Shown here piece by piece: positions 26,210-39,026 of a stretch of 64,000 nucleotides of DNA. Source of the stretch: Octopus sinensis (taxonomy: Eukaryota); contig NC_043008.1 of the NCBI RefSeq assembly GCF_006345805.1, positions 54,126,001 to 54,190,000 of the forward strand. Direction: 5' to 3'. The position numbers and the translations under genes were made by a program. Each line of letters opens with the position of its first letter. Position 1 is the first letter of the stretch. Under the pieces are notes generated by a model. It saw only the letters and a list, made by a program, of their open reading frames with translations. It was not told where the DNA came from and made no database searches.

Positions 26210-26343
26210 ACAAGCACACAAGCATAAGTGTGTGTATGCACATGCATGCGCATATGCACGTTTGGATTGACGACAATTATTGACTTCACTAGTATCAACT
26301 TGCATTAATTTTAATTCTAACTTTATTTTCAGTATTTACTGTA

Positions 26344-26567
26344 CAGTAATCCTTCGCCACATCGCGCTTCACCTATCGCGGTTTATTATTTTAGCTTACG
26401 TTGATTCCTCTGTGGTGTTGTTTTGCATTTATAATGAAATAAATATATAAAAATTATAAAAATAATGAAAGAAAATATACAGTACAATACTGTTTCCACT
26501 TCGCAGATTTTCACCTATCGTGGTGGGGGGGTTGATTGTAACACCTGTGATAGTTGAGGAATTACTG
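26344..26567. mobile_element. Tigger/pogo-like MITE
   Basis: TA|CAGTAATCCTTCG...TGAGGAATTACTG|TA with internal TTCACCTATCG repeats. Confidence 0.7.
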
Positions 26568-28899
26568 TATTCCCACTCTTTCATTGCTCTTATTGTGTCA
26601 AGTACCACGTCTAAATGAGAATACTAGAATCTCATTTTCTGTTTTATAATATCAGTAGTCAATACAGTATCACAAAGTCAAGCTATAAAAAATGTGACAA
26701 TTTTATGAAAAATACCCAGCATTAACAGACAAGTTTCTCTGCGGTAAATTATTACAACTAATTCCCTTCCACGTTTCTATACGCATTTTAAATGCTTTAC
26801 ATGATGTATTTTCAAGTACGTACGCTAATTTTTTTCTAGCCCTGTTAGCTTTCGTACGAGTCAGTAAATGTTTTGTTTATAGATTTCTATAACGGAAGAA
26901 GCATTTTCGGTTTAGCTCAGAACGTCGGGAGTATTTGTCACTGAGGGAACAGATAAAGGTTGAAACAGTGTCTGGTGATTCACCGGCGTTATAGGTAAAG
27001 CCTTAAGTTTTTAATACATAAGTGTATTTGAGAAGTTTCTCTAAGACATAATATGATATCTAGGGCTGTTCCATGTTCGTAAACACATAAATATTATGCA
27101 TACCGGTTTCGTAAATATTTACATATTCTGATGGCGGCGAAATGGGAGAATCATCAAAGAATCGGTCAAAATATTTTGCAACATTCAGCTACGGCTCATT
27201 AACTTCTAGGATGCAATCTCACCGAAGTCAACATTGCCTTTCATCATTCAAGGGTCGATAAAATTAAGTATCATTCAAGGTCTTAGTTCGACAAAAACAT
27301 CGATAGTTCCCCTCCCTCAAAATTTATAGCTTTGTATGTATACTAGAAGCATCATCCGCTCATTCTTCCGAAGGTTGCAGGTAGACGGAATGGTAGTGTG
27401 TCATATTAAACGCGGTGTAGCTATATCATTTATATTCTTATTTCATATCCAATAGAGATCGACTTTTCTTTTCTTTATTTTTTTTAGCTTCCCACTATCA
27501 GTAAACTAAGTACTATTTATGTACTAGTTTATTCAATGAACATTTTTTCTGTGACATTTTCCCAATGCTATAACTCATTGTTTGTTTTATTCCTTTTACT
27601 TTCCTCCATCTCACTATTTCTTTAATTGGCCCTTGCATCCTTAAATCCATTCTAATTAGAACGTGTTACCAGCTATTAAATCCGATGCTTAACTGAACGT
27701 CCTCGTTAGCAGTTTCTGTCTGATTTACACTAAGAACAGATATGTGTGCGAATCTCATGTCGAGATAATCGAAGCAGAAACTTCACTAGAAATTATTGAA
27801 GAATGTAATTCATCTTAAGTAACCTTTAATATATCATGATTATGTCCGCAGGGGACATAAACGTGACATTTTTATAAACATTTCTTTTTACAAAATAAAA
27901 AGAAAAATCTAGCTTTTTTATACAATTCAGCTTCATATGACAAAATATATATAATTTGTATGAATATAAATATCATCACTGCTAATTATTTTAATTGGGG
28001 GTCTTGAAACTGAAAAATGAAAAGCCATAATTATTAAGTAAAACTCAATTGAGAAATAATTATACTTTCTAGTATAGTTAATCCGTTTTTGTCCTAGTTT
28101 TAAAAAGTCTAATAACTCGTGGATACTTTATCAGTGGAGATCTTTCCTCAAATTACTTCGTCACCATGATGTGAACCGTTGACAAGCCAGACCTCGGATG
28201 ACCTCTTTTCTCCAAACTACAAATCCATAAGAAAATCTGAAGACAGTCTTATAAGGCAATACAGCACTCGTTATTTTACAGTGTTGCCACTACTTACAGC
28301 ACCGAGCTGGCATCATAGCACCTGAAATTACTTCGTCACCATGATATGCATAGATAACAAAAGAGTTACTGCATATCTGCTCTTCTCCAAACTCTGTGAC
28401 ACGCTCGGTGGAAGAAAGAATATACAACAAACTTATAAAAATTGATTTTTCTTAAATCTTAAAACATATTTCAAATCTCATCTTCATCCACGCCAAAAAA
28501 ATAAATTCACACTATTTCTCAGTGAAATTTAAGTCGGAGGATCATTAATGAACCAGCGATGGATGGGCTCAGGAAATTCCATACGTTGTAGAAACAAATA
28601 GCTACCTAAACAATCAAATCTATAAACTAACAATTAAATTTTTAATTGACATAATTAGAACAAAAAGCTTCTCTCAGTTTATGTGTGTGTGTGTGTATGA
28701 ATATGCGTATATATGTACATAACATACACACATACACACACACGCACATATATGTGTGTGTATTTATGTATGTATATCCTTTAAGTTCGTTTACCTAAAC
28801 GTCTTGAATATGAACATAAAAACTATTTCATTATGCCAGCTACAGCCTAATGATGTCAGCAGACAATACCAGCTTTTGGGGTCGCACCGAGCTGTGCTG

Positions 28900-29160
28900 A
28901 TATAATGTAGGATAAATATACTTTTCTACTCTAAGCACAAGGCTCGAAAGTTTTAGAGAGGGGTCCAGTCGATTAGATTGCCCCCAGTACGCAACTGGTA
29001 CTTAGTTTATCGATCCAGAAAGGATGAAAGGAAAGTCGACCTCGGTAAAATTTTAACTTAGAACGTAAATACAGACGAAATACCTATTTCTTTACTACCC
29101 ACAAGGGCTAAACACAGAGAGGACAAGCATGGACAGATAAACGGATTAAGTCGATTAATA
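28900..29160 (-). mobile_element. SINE family B dimer remnant
   Basis: Junction AAAGAAATAGGTATTTCGTC on the minus strand, as at 3370. Confidence 0.8.
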
Positions 29161-29796
29161 TATATTACATAATATAGTTCTGAGTCCATAATTTCTAAAA
29201 TAATAGTTGGAACGTCCATGGTTGGAATGCCTTCGAGCATGAGTCTAGTCTAATCTTGTAGGCCAGGCTAAGAGCTTCACAATAAAAGCGACAATGAAGT
29301 TACAATAGAATTTTATATATTCTGAAAGACCATCTTTTATATATTTATGGGAATTATTTACTTTGCAACATATAAATCAGATTAATAAGATTTATCATAT
29401 TAATGGAGACGAGAACTGGATGATCGGTGAGGTGGCGTGAACCAGAATTGAATTATCTAATAAGCTAATTAACTCTCATCAGAATTCTAATATCTTAACC
29501 AACAGATTGATCAGCATATTAATGAAGCCATTAGGGTAGAATTCTTACTTTGGTGATTATTGCTAAGAAATTACATAAATCTGAGAATACTCGCCAACTA
29601 AAGACAAATCAATTATAAATTGTTGATGCTTTTCTCGGCGGAACAAGATATCAGTGTGCGGTACCTTGATACGTCAGTGTAGATTGAGGTCATTCAGTGC
29701 ATTGGTTATGGATAGTAATAGTAACATGTACACACCTTTAACACATTTGTTGTTGCCTTCAGCTATACTGACAGCATTCCACGCTTCCATATATAA

Positions 29797-29847
<51 letters not shown>

Positions 29848-29862
29848 CGCGTGTGTGTGTGT

Positions 29863-29901
<39 letters not shown>

Positions 29902-30057
29902 TATAGATATATAGATATATATATATTCAAAATTTAAAAATAAAAGGTTAGTCCTCTGCTGCAATTTCGAAAAGTGGAGCCCTTTTTCTCTTCAGAAGAT
30001 CTCTGTGCCTGTATATATATATGTGTGTGTATGTGTGTGGGGGGTGTATGCTGTTGA

Positions 30058-30347
30058 GATCCCCTTCGGTCATGACTGAGCATGGGATTGCACCTAGAAA
30101 GTTACCCTCCCAGGCACAAGTCTGAGCAAGGTTGTTTTTATGAAAGACTGGCAGTCACCCATGCCACCAGTGTTATCCAAGGGAAAGGCAAAGGGGCCGA
30201 TACAACTTGGCACCTGTGACTTCGCAACTCATTTCTACAGCTGAGTGAACTGCAGCAACGTAAAATAAATAACACAACACGCAGCCCGGTCCGGGAATCG
30301 AACTCACAACCTCACGACCGTAAGCTCGACGCTCTAACCACTGAGCC

Positions 30348-30350
<3 letters not shown>
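30058..30350 (-). mobile_element. tRNA-derived SINE (family C-like head) with distinct tail
   Basis: ATGGCTCAGTGGTTAGAGCG...GAGTTCGATTCCC head; tail (plus strand CTTCGGTCATGACTGA...CCTAGAAAGTTACCCTCC) shared with 39914. Confidence 0.8.
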
Positions 30351-30390
<40 letters not shown>

Positions 30391-30527
30391 GGAGATGTAC
30401 TCGCATAGCAAGTAATTTGATCTGAGATCGTGTGCTGAAACGAAAACAATTGCAGCGTGGAAGGTGTTTATAAGCCATTTAAGAAACACACAAAAGCCGT
30501 TCGATTCACTTCAACATTTAAGTTTAA

Positions 30528-30577
30528 TTTGTCAAAATATTTTCGTCGCTTAAATCCGCGACCTGTTCACTGACAAA
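30528..30577 (-). ncRNA. Hammerhead-like motif with G3:C8 core (mirror copy)
   Basis: Reverse complement of 30811-30860. Confidence 0.62.
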
Positions 30578-30810
30578 GTCCGTGCTGCATCTAAGAAAGT
30601 AACAGTTAGTTCGTCATATATATGTACGTATGTATGTGTGTATGTATGCATACATGTGTGTATGCATACATACACACATACATACGTACATATATATGAC
30701 GAACTAACTGTTACTTTCTTAGACGTACACACATGTATGCATACATACACACATACATACGTACATATATATGACGAACTAACTGTTACTTTCTTAGATG
30801 CAGCACGGAC

Positions 30811-30860
30811 TTTGTCAGTGAACAGGTCGCGGATTTTAGCGACGAAAATATTTTGACAAA
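30811..30860 (+). ncRNA. Hammerhead-like motif with compensatory G3:C8 core
   Basis: TTTGTCA GTGAACA G GTCGC GGATTTTA GCGAC GAA AATATT T TGACAAA: stem I 7 bp, stem II 5 bp, palindromic stem III AATATT, N17=U. Confidence 0.65.
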
Positions 30861-31010
30861 TTAAACTTAAATGTTGAAGTGAATCGAACGGCTTTTGTGT
30901 GTTTCTTAAATGGCTTATAAACACCTTCCACGCTGCAATTGTATATACATATACTTATATATATATACATATACATACATATACATGTCTATATATGTAT
31001 ATATATATTC

Positions 31011-31089
<79 letters not shown>

Positions 31090-31195
31090 AGATGGATGGA
31101 TGGATGGATGGATGGATAGATGGATCGATGGGTGGGTGGATGGATGGATGGATAGATGGATGGATGGATGAATTAAAACATTTTAACTCAAATTC

Positions 31196-31238
31196 GTTGT
31201 TACTCCGAGTTTCAAGCGTGATGCCAATCATCAGCCAC
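31196..31238 (-). ncRNA. Degenerate hammerhead motif downstream of the PLE ORF
   Basis: GTGG CTGATGA TTGGCATCACGCTT GAAA CTCGGAG TA; core intact, stems I and II weak. Confidence 0.45.
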
Positions 31239-31849
31239 TTTGAATTTGAATGGGTGGTGATTGTTATTATCGTAAAGCAGGCTGCGATTAGTCGAGGAAG
31301 GTCACGCAATATCTTTATTTGATGTTGGTATATCAGCGACAACAGTAACTTGGAAAATGCCGCATGCTGAACAGGAAATTGACCACGTGATGGACAGGAA
31401 ATCGGTCGCGTTGTTGGAGGGGTAGTAGGAAGGGGCTATATGTGCAAGCATACTGTTGTATATGTGAGTGTATGACGCGCTTATATTGTTTTGCGTGCAT
31501 GACTGTATTGATGCAAGCGTGCGCATCTGTACGTGGGCGCGCACACATATACACATATATGACCGAACATGCGCTCGCACACACAGAAACACACGCGTAT
31601 ACATACACATGCATACACATGGGCGCACACACACACATGCATATTCATTTTTAGGTACATATGTATATGTGCGTGCATGTACGAATGCATATTAGTGTGC
31701 GCGCGCACACATGCGCGTGCATGCATAAGTATACTTGCGCATGACAAGCGTTGGAGATTGGTAATTGGCGGTCCTGCTCATGGGGTTGGTTGGTGACGGT
31801 AACCTTCGTGCATGCGGTGCAGGGTAGCAGTTGGTACTAGGGTGGTATA

Positions 31850-32500
31850 TCCGTGTTGTCGACGGTCAGAGGATTGAAATTTATCAGAAGAGCATACTTC
31901 TGGTGACAGTAATACGATAAATCGTATTTCTTGTTGATGGATACTGTGGGTTGTTAGAGGATATGCAGTTTTTCACAGAGGCACCGGGATAATATGGTGG
32001 CGCTCTGTCCACTTGATGCTAGGTGTTTCGTCTCGGAGATCACGGAGTCTCCAGAGAAAACGTGACAGGGAAGTAGAGTTCTCTTTGTCTCTGGATCTGA
32101 TCGAGTGCATATGCTGGGAGTATCTTCCCTTGAAGACATTAGCTGCCATACCAGTATAGTATCTAGTAATGTCATTGGATGGCGTAAGGATGGCTCTGTA
32201 TACTACTGCCCTTCAGAGGCATGATCCTTCTAGAGAAAACATGGTGGGGTTTCGACAGCTGCAGGTTGGGATTGGGGTGGTACGGGTGTATTTTTACGTC
32301 TGTTGATGCGTATGATGTTAGATGCTATGTTGTCTAAGCAGGAGTGTCTCATCTTAACAGTATGAGGGTTGAAGAGTTTGTAATATTTGTGTCTTCTGTG
32401 GAAGTGTTTCTTAATTAACGACAGGAAGCCCCTAGCTACGTTGGTAGAAACTTCTAGGTTGACAGGGGGGTTGTAGCATATAATTCTCCTTTTCCTAATC
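31850..32500 (-). mobile_element. Penelope-like element 3' ORF fragment (RT C-terminus/linker plus GIY-YIG), disrupted
   Basis: RKRRIICYNPPVNLEVSTNVARGFLSLIKKHF..KLFNPHTVKMRHSCLDNI, then VVYRAILTPSNDITRYYTGMAANVFKGRYSQH after frameshifts and stops. Confidence 0.88.
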
Positions 32501-33266
32501 TTTCCTAGTACTACTACTACAAACACCTATTACTACTACTACTACTACTACCACCATTACAGTTATCCAGTGTACTGCACAATGAGATTGAAATCGAAAC
32601 CTCGCCGTTGCGAAACGAACTTCTTAAACACCCAGCCATGCCTTCACTTATATTGAAGACGTTGAAGGCATTACTGCTCATTTAAAAATCTTTACTAACT
32701 TCAACTTCATCTTCTATTCACATTTACCGAAATAATTCCCAAACAGATATGCATCATTGCTTTCCAATGAAGCATAAACCTCTTTAAATGTTTTGATAGC
32801 AGACACGGATACAACAGTTTAAAACGCAAGGGAAATAAGAAAGCAACTTACGGGATTTATCAAATATCGATCGCTAAGTGTCGTCTCGATACGTCGGTAT
32901 AAATGCCGTGGATAGAAAAATACGAATATAACAGCAAAGGCCTTATCGTTTCATAGAAAAGACGCAACAAATGTCAAATGTTCTATCAATCAGTTTAAAT
33001 ACTACTAAGATAGTAAAGATAATTATTTCTCGCGGTGCGTTGGCGAGTAGGAAACAAATGATTTCTTGTACGCAGTAAAGACGTCAAGCGTTTCAGCAAT
33101 GACAGGCAATCTACGATGTACCAATTATACGCCATGTCAATGCCTTAAGAAGATCGACAGTAATAAATCGAGCATGTAATACTTTCTCAAACCCAAACCA
33201 GGATGTAATTGTCTGCACGCTTTTATAATTTTTTTTATCCCCCTATCAACAAAAAAGTGAGATTGG

Positions 33267-33270
33267 GTGA

Positions 33271-33301
<31 letters not shown>

Positions 33302-33665
33302 TCTGTGTGCTTGTGTCTGTGTGTTTGTGTGTGTGTGTTTGTGTGTGTGTGTTTGTGTGTGTTTGTGTGTTTGTGTGTGTGTGTGTGTTTGTGTGTGTTT
33401 GTGTGTTTGTGTGTGTGTGTGTGTGTTTGTCTGTGTTTGTCTGTGTTTGTGTGTGTGTGTGTTTCTCTGTGTGTGCGTGTGTTTCTGTGTGTTTGTGTGT
33501 TTGTGTGTGTTTCTGTGTATGTGTGTGTGAATGTGTGTGTGTGTACGTGCGTGTTTGTGTGTGTTTGTGTGTGTGTGCGTGCGTGTTTGTGTATGTTTGT
33601 GTGTGTGTGTTTCTGTGTGTATGTGTGTGTGTGAATGTGTGTGTGTGTGTGTATGTGTGTGTGTG
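33267..33665. repeat. Degenerate (TG)n
   Basis: Direct reading. Confidence 0.95.
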
Positions 33666-34135
33666 ATGCAGGCATAGCTGTACAGTTAAGAACTTCGCTT
33701 TGCAGCCACACGGTTTTGGGTTCATTCTCCTTGCGCGTCATCATATGCTAATATCTTTTTTATTATAGCCCCAGGCCGACCAGTGCCTTGTTAGTGGATT
33801 TGTTAATCGGAAACTACAGAAAGCCACTGATACATCTGTGTGTGCGTGTGTGTGTTTGCGTGAGTGTGTGTGTGTGTGTGTGTTTGTGTGTGTTTGTGCA
33901 TGTGTGTGTGTGTGTGTGTGTTTGTGTGTGTTTGTGCATGTGTGTGTGTGTGTGTGTTTCTCTCATCTCTTGACAAATAACCTGTGTTGGTTTGTTATGG
34001 GCCTCTGTAACCTAGCGGTTCAGGAATAGGGACAGACAAAATGAGTAACAGATTTACAGGTTTAATTTAATCGATTAAACAGTTTAAGGTGGTGCTCCAG
34101 TATGGTCGCAATCCATTGGCTGAAACATATAAGAG
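33665..34135 (+). mobile_element. Diverged SINE family A
   Basis: GCAGGCATAGCTGT...GCCGACCAGTGCCTTGTTAGTGGATTTG...GGTGCTCCAGTATGG. Confidence 0.6.
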
Positions 34136-36059
34136 AGTATAAGAGTTTTATGTCATAAAAGATGATAGTTACATGTTTGAAACAGGAAAGATTGAATAGG
34201 CAGACAAACAGACAGACCGACTGACGTGTAGATAGACAGACAGACAGATAAGATAGTCAGACAAACTCACAGATGGACAAACAGAAGGCAGACAGACAGA
34301 TGATACATACATACATACATACACGTGTATGGGTGGGTGTTTGAGAGAGAGAATGCGTGTGTGTGTTTGTATGTGTGTGTGTGTGTGTGTTGTGTGTGTG
34401 TGTTTCTTCAGATATTTTTTTTATAAAGCATATAAATTAAAATGTCTTAGGTGGGGAACCACAACGTAAATCTTTAAATAAGTTTTGTAGGTAACGATTT
34501 GGCTTTTATTTCTCAGGGTTTGGTGTTAAGCCGGGATAAATTCGCATAACGAGGCCCTATGTATATTGCACTTAAGAAAGATCCCTAAAATCATATCTTA
34601 AGGCTGCAGAAAAGAAAGAAAATTTTCATAATGTGTATGGGTGGGGAAACGAGGGATGGTCGCGGCTGAACCGCTTTTTTAACATTTGTTTACTCGTTAA
34701 AGAAGGGTTCGCTTGGAAATTTGACAGAGTCGTTAGACTATCAAATAGTATTTGAGTTTTTTTTTCATACAATTTCATTATTCTTCAATTATGAAAATAT
34801 TACAGAGAAATATATGAACTAAAACAGGTAACCTTTACCCATCTCCGGATTCCCGAATCCAGTACAAAACTCTAAGTGAAACATCTTGGAGTAGCTTTGT
34901 ATAAAGTCTTCTTGAACGTTAGTGAGTGTACATTCTGAAAGTTATCAATTTAAGAATAATAATGAATAAATTATGTGAAAACTGCTGTTGGGATAAATAC
35001 CAATGTAAATATTTAGTCTATTTCTTAAGATGCAAGTGTTAAATTCTTTATTGACGCAACGTTTTTAACTGTATAACTTTCAGCTTTTGAAGTTTGTAAG
35101 ATCAAACTAGTCGTTACAACCATTAGTAATGAGCCTTGTATTTGAAATTGAAGGTTGTGAAATCTGTTTATCATCTTAAAAATACAACCGTTCATTTTAT
35201 GACGAATATAGCTGTTTGATATGTTTTATATTTTACTGACAGGAACAATAAGAATTAACCGAATTCTTTACTGAACGTTAAGTAAATAGAGTAGGCTTTC
35301 TTCGATTGATTTATGGCTTAGTTTTTTTAAGTTAAGGATAAACAACATAACTAAAAAACGAGAAGAAATAGCATGCAACAGCTTGCGTGAAGTAATGTTA
35401 TAGATTACAGCACTATTTCTAGGGCCAAAGTAGAATTTGGCAAATAGGAATAAAATTAGTCTCGGACTTAGATGAAAAGTAAAACAGAGTAGATAAAACG
35501 CTCTCAGTAGATTAAACAGATTATGCTTTAAGACTTTGCTTCTGCCAAATCTTTTAGAACGAAAGGGAAAGATATTTCCCTGTAAAAATCACACAATTAT
35601 TAAATTACTTGGCAACAAATAACTGGAATGATCGTTCCGAAAATATTTTCCATTTGTATAATAGAAACAGCATCTAAATAGAATCATATAAAACACAGAG
35701 AGAAAGATAAACTCAATCTGTGTAAACATTAAAGTGGATTAGTAATTGGTAATTCTTTTTCGTGATATGTTATATGTTAAGAGCATTTAAACAAACCTTT
35801 CAATTCATCTGAAATCAGACTCGGATAATTTGCCCGCTGTTGTTCTTTAGTCTCAAGCCAGTTGTAATTGAGAAAACCTATGAGTAAAGAAGTTCCAGCC
35901 GTAAATGGAATTTTGTTGCTTTTGTATATCTAGGACTACATTGTTCAATGTGCTCCTTTTTTTTTTCTAAGAAGTAAAAATGTAATTTGATGGTAATTTA
36001 GCTGCTATTTTAAATAGCCGCTGTCAAACTACTGAAGCATGTAAAATAATCCTTTCTAC

Positions 36060-36478
36060 TGACGGCACAAGGCCTTAAGTTTTATGGAGAGAGATGGTCG
36101 ATTGCATTGACTCCAGTGCTTGTCTGGTAACTTATTTCGTCAATGCCGAAAAGATGAAGCGTAAAGTCGACTCGGCAGAAATTTGAACTCAGAACGTAAA
36201 GACGGACGAAATGCTGCCAGGCATTTTGTCCGGCGTGCTAACGATTCTTATTTCATTATTGCCCACAAGGGGCTAGACATAGAGGGGACAAACAAGGACA
36301 GACAAACGGATTAAGTCGATAATATCGACCACAGTGCGTAACTGGTACTTATTTAATCGCCCTCGAAAGGATGAAAGGCAAAGTCGACCTCGGCGGAATT
36401 TGAACTCAGAACGTAAATACAGACGAAATACTGCTAAGCATTTTGCCCGGCGTGCTAACGTTTCTGTCAGCTCGCCAC
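36060..36478 (-). mobile_element. SINE family B, two tandem copies
   Basis: Full monomer 36250-36478 followed by a second, diverged unit. Confidence 0.85.
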
Positions 36479-36518
36479 CCTTCTGTCTACCTGTCTTTTT
36501 TTTTTGTCTACCTGTCAG

Positions 36519-36549
<31 letters not shown>

Positions 36550-36699
36550 TTTTTTCTTTCTTTCTCACTCTCTTTCACGTTTGTCACCTTCCGCTCCGAA
36601 TGTCGTGTGAAGCAGTCGACAGTGTTTTGTCGGAAACGAAAAGCTGTATTATCAACCATTTCAGTCAGGTGTAGTGTTTCGGCGATGAGAGTTCCAGTC

Positions 36700-36985
36700 G
36701 ATCCGCTCAATGGAATAGCCTGCTAACGAAACTAGCGTGCAAATTGCTGAGCACTCCACAGACTCGCATATCATTAACGCAGTCCTCGGGAATATTCAGC
36801 GTGACACAGAACGTGACAAGCCTAGCACTTTAAATTACCAGTACAACTCATTTTTGCCAGCTGAGTTGACTGAAGCAACGGGAAATAAAGTGTCTTGTTT
36901 GAGGACAGAAGCGCTGCCAAGTATGGAACTCACGACTTTACAATCGTGAGCCAAATACTTTAACCATTAGACCACTCGCCTTCAC
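36700..36985 (-). mobile_element. Diverged SINE family C
   Basis: Reverse complement of the body of 55140-55524. Confidence 0.7.
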
Positions 36986-37168
36986 TCAAGTCCACTAACC
37001 AGACCAAAGAACACAGCATGTCTTTATTGCCAACGCAAGGTGACAACGATCTTCACCCTGAAATTAATCTTATTTCGCATCTGTCTCATTTCACCTATAT
37101 GTTGTTGTTGTTTGATGCCCCCTAAAATGAGTACAAGGACAATATCTTAGTCTCATACCGAAGTCTGA

Positions 37169-37219
37169 GACATTTCTGATGAGACCCCATTAAGGGTCGA
37201 AAATCAATTAAAACTTGTC
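37169..37219 (+). ncRNA. Type I hammerhead ribozyme motif
   Basis: GACATTT CTGATGA GACCC CATTAA GGGTC GAA AATCAATT A AAA CT TGTC: canonical core, 5-bp stem II, bulged 7-bp stem I, near-palindromic stem III, UUA triplet. Confidence 0.72.
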
Positions 37220-37450
37220 ATTGTTTTTTTTAATCTACAGAGAAATGGTTAAATTTGCTACGTTTGTGTGTCTGCTACGTAGATTTACATAAATTATATC
37301 ATAACTTGATATTATGTGAACTGAGATCCTCGTTGAGAGTCTACTGATATCAAATCATTTGTTAAATACTTATAGCATGCAAATTACTGGATTTGCAACG
37401 TATATAACCTGATTGGCTAATTGCTTACTTGGGATTGGTTAAGTGATATA

Positions 37451-37507
37451 GACGTCTCTGATGACACAGCAATAAGGTCCGAAAATCGATTAAAGCTGTA
37501 CATCATT
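37451..37507 (+). ncRNA. Degenerate hammerhead motif
   Basis: CTGATGA CACAGCAATAAGGTCC GAA AATCGATT A; perfect palindromic stem III, stem II disrupted. Confidence 0.45.
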
Positions 37508-37632
37508 TTTACTCTGAATGTTCAAATACATTTCTTTGTGACGGTGCACACATGCGAGAAATATTTTTTGAGAAGAAAATTTGTCAGTATTTTGCAAAAG
37601 TTTCTGTATGAAGTTTTAAGCCTCCCTCTTAA

Positions 37633-37669
<37 letters not shown>

Positions 37670-37673
37670 GCCC

Positions 37674-37707
<34 letters not shown>

Positions 37708-38870
37708 TACGCGTGCACTTTACGTTCTGCTTCATGAAAAATACTTTCAAATGGTTTCATTTCCTTTCTGTGGATGTATTCTTTAATTTACATTTTCAGT
37801 AACCGGACACCACTTTGGAAGAATATCAACGTCAATTTAGAAATGCAAAGTGAATACAAATAAAAGTATGTAAATTGAGTTGAACCCGGTGAATATTAAT
37901 TTCTATCAACGTCTAAATATCCAATTTAAATGCAGGTGTTTCTCTGAACCATATCAACTAAAAATACAAATTAATAAAAAGCTACGAAGCAAACAAAAAA
38001 AATTGGAAGAACTACAGCAATTTCAACAGCTAATAGTTTATAATTTCCCAATAGCTTTTGTGATCAGGAATTCTAGTGAAGGATTGAGTTTCGTTACACA
38101 GTTTCAGAACTGAACAAATAATTGAACTCACTGATCAGATGTGAAATAATCACTAATGGTTCTTCATGAAACTAGAAGAGGAGTTAACTTGACTTGTCAA
38201 CGAGTAAGCAGCACGTTTGAGGACACTTGTTGATTTCATAGATGGAAGAGTGTTTCTTTTTCTTTATAAAAAAAAATGTGCGTGTATTAAGAGAGAGACA
38301 GAGAGAGGGAAGAAGAGAGAGTGGGAGAGAAAGAGAGAGGTGTAAAGCAACACTTTTACATAATCACCAATAGATAGAGAATTAAGCTGAACAGTATTAA
38401 AACGTGACTTTGTGTCGTTGAACGTAGCGAATGAGAGGTTAGAAAAACAAAGAAACAAACAAGCTATTAAATGAAATGATGATAACATCAACAGCAGATG
38501 CACCAACAACAACAACAACATTAACAAAAACAACAGCAACAACAACAACAAAGAGGTTGTTAACATTCAGAAGCTATGTTTATTATGTATAGAACTCGAG
38601 CAATTTCAATTCTCAGAAAATAGTTTCCTCTAAATTACTGGAGTCTTAACATAATCAGATATTGTTCGTAAACAGTTTCTAAACGCAAACTAAAAATAAT
38701 AATAATAATAATTATAAAACGTACAACGACGAAACAGCAAAGTTCTAGGTGATCTCTCAATTGATATGCTGAAAATAGCTGCGAAATTGCGCTCAGAACC
38801 ACATCATAACATCTTAGAAAAGGACACCTCCTATAATGAGGTTCTATGTATATTACATTTAAGAGGAATT

Positions 38871-39026
38871 TTCTTTTCGTGTCTTATAATGTAACACACT
38901 CACCGGTAAAATTGAAAAGTCTATTGAAAAGGTTGCAAAACGCAACGAAAGTTTTAGGAAAATAAAAATAAGTAATAAGCAGAAATTTTACCGGTGAGTG
39001 TGTTACATTATAAGGCACAAAAAGAA
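38871..39026. repeat. Inverted repeat with about 43-bp arms (MITE-like)
   Basis: CTTATAATGTAACACACTCACCGGTAAAATT / AATTTTACCGGTGAGTGTGTTACATTATAAG. Confidence 0.8.

Larger units (their letters stand above)
30391..30932. mobile_element. Near-perfect palindromic element carrying variant HHR motifs
   Basis: Arm 30446-30589 mirrored at 30798-30932 with one mismatch seen; the inner segment is present once forward and twice inverted. Confidence 0.8.
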
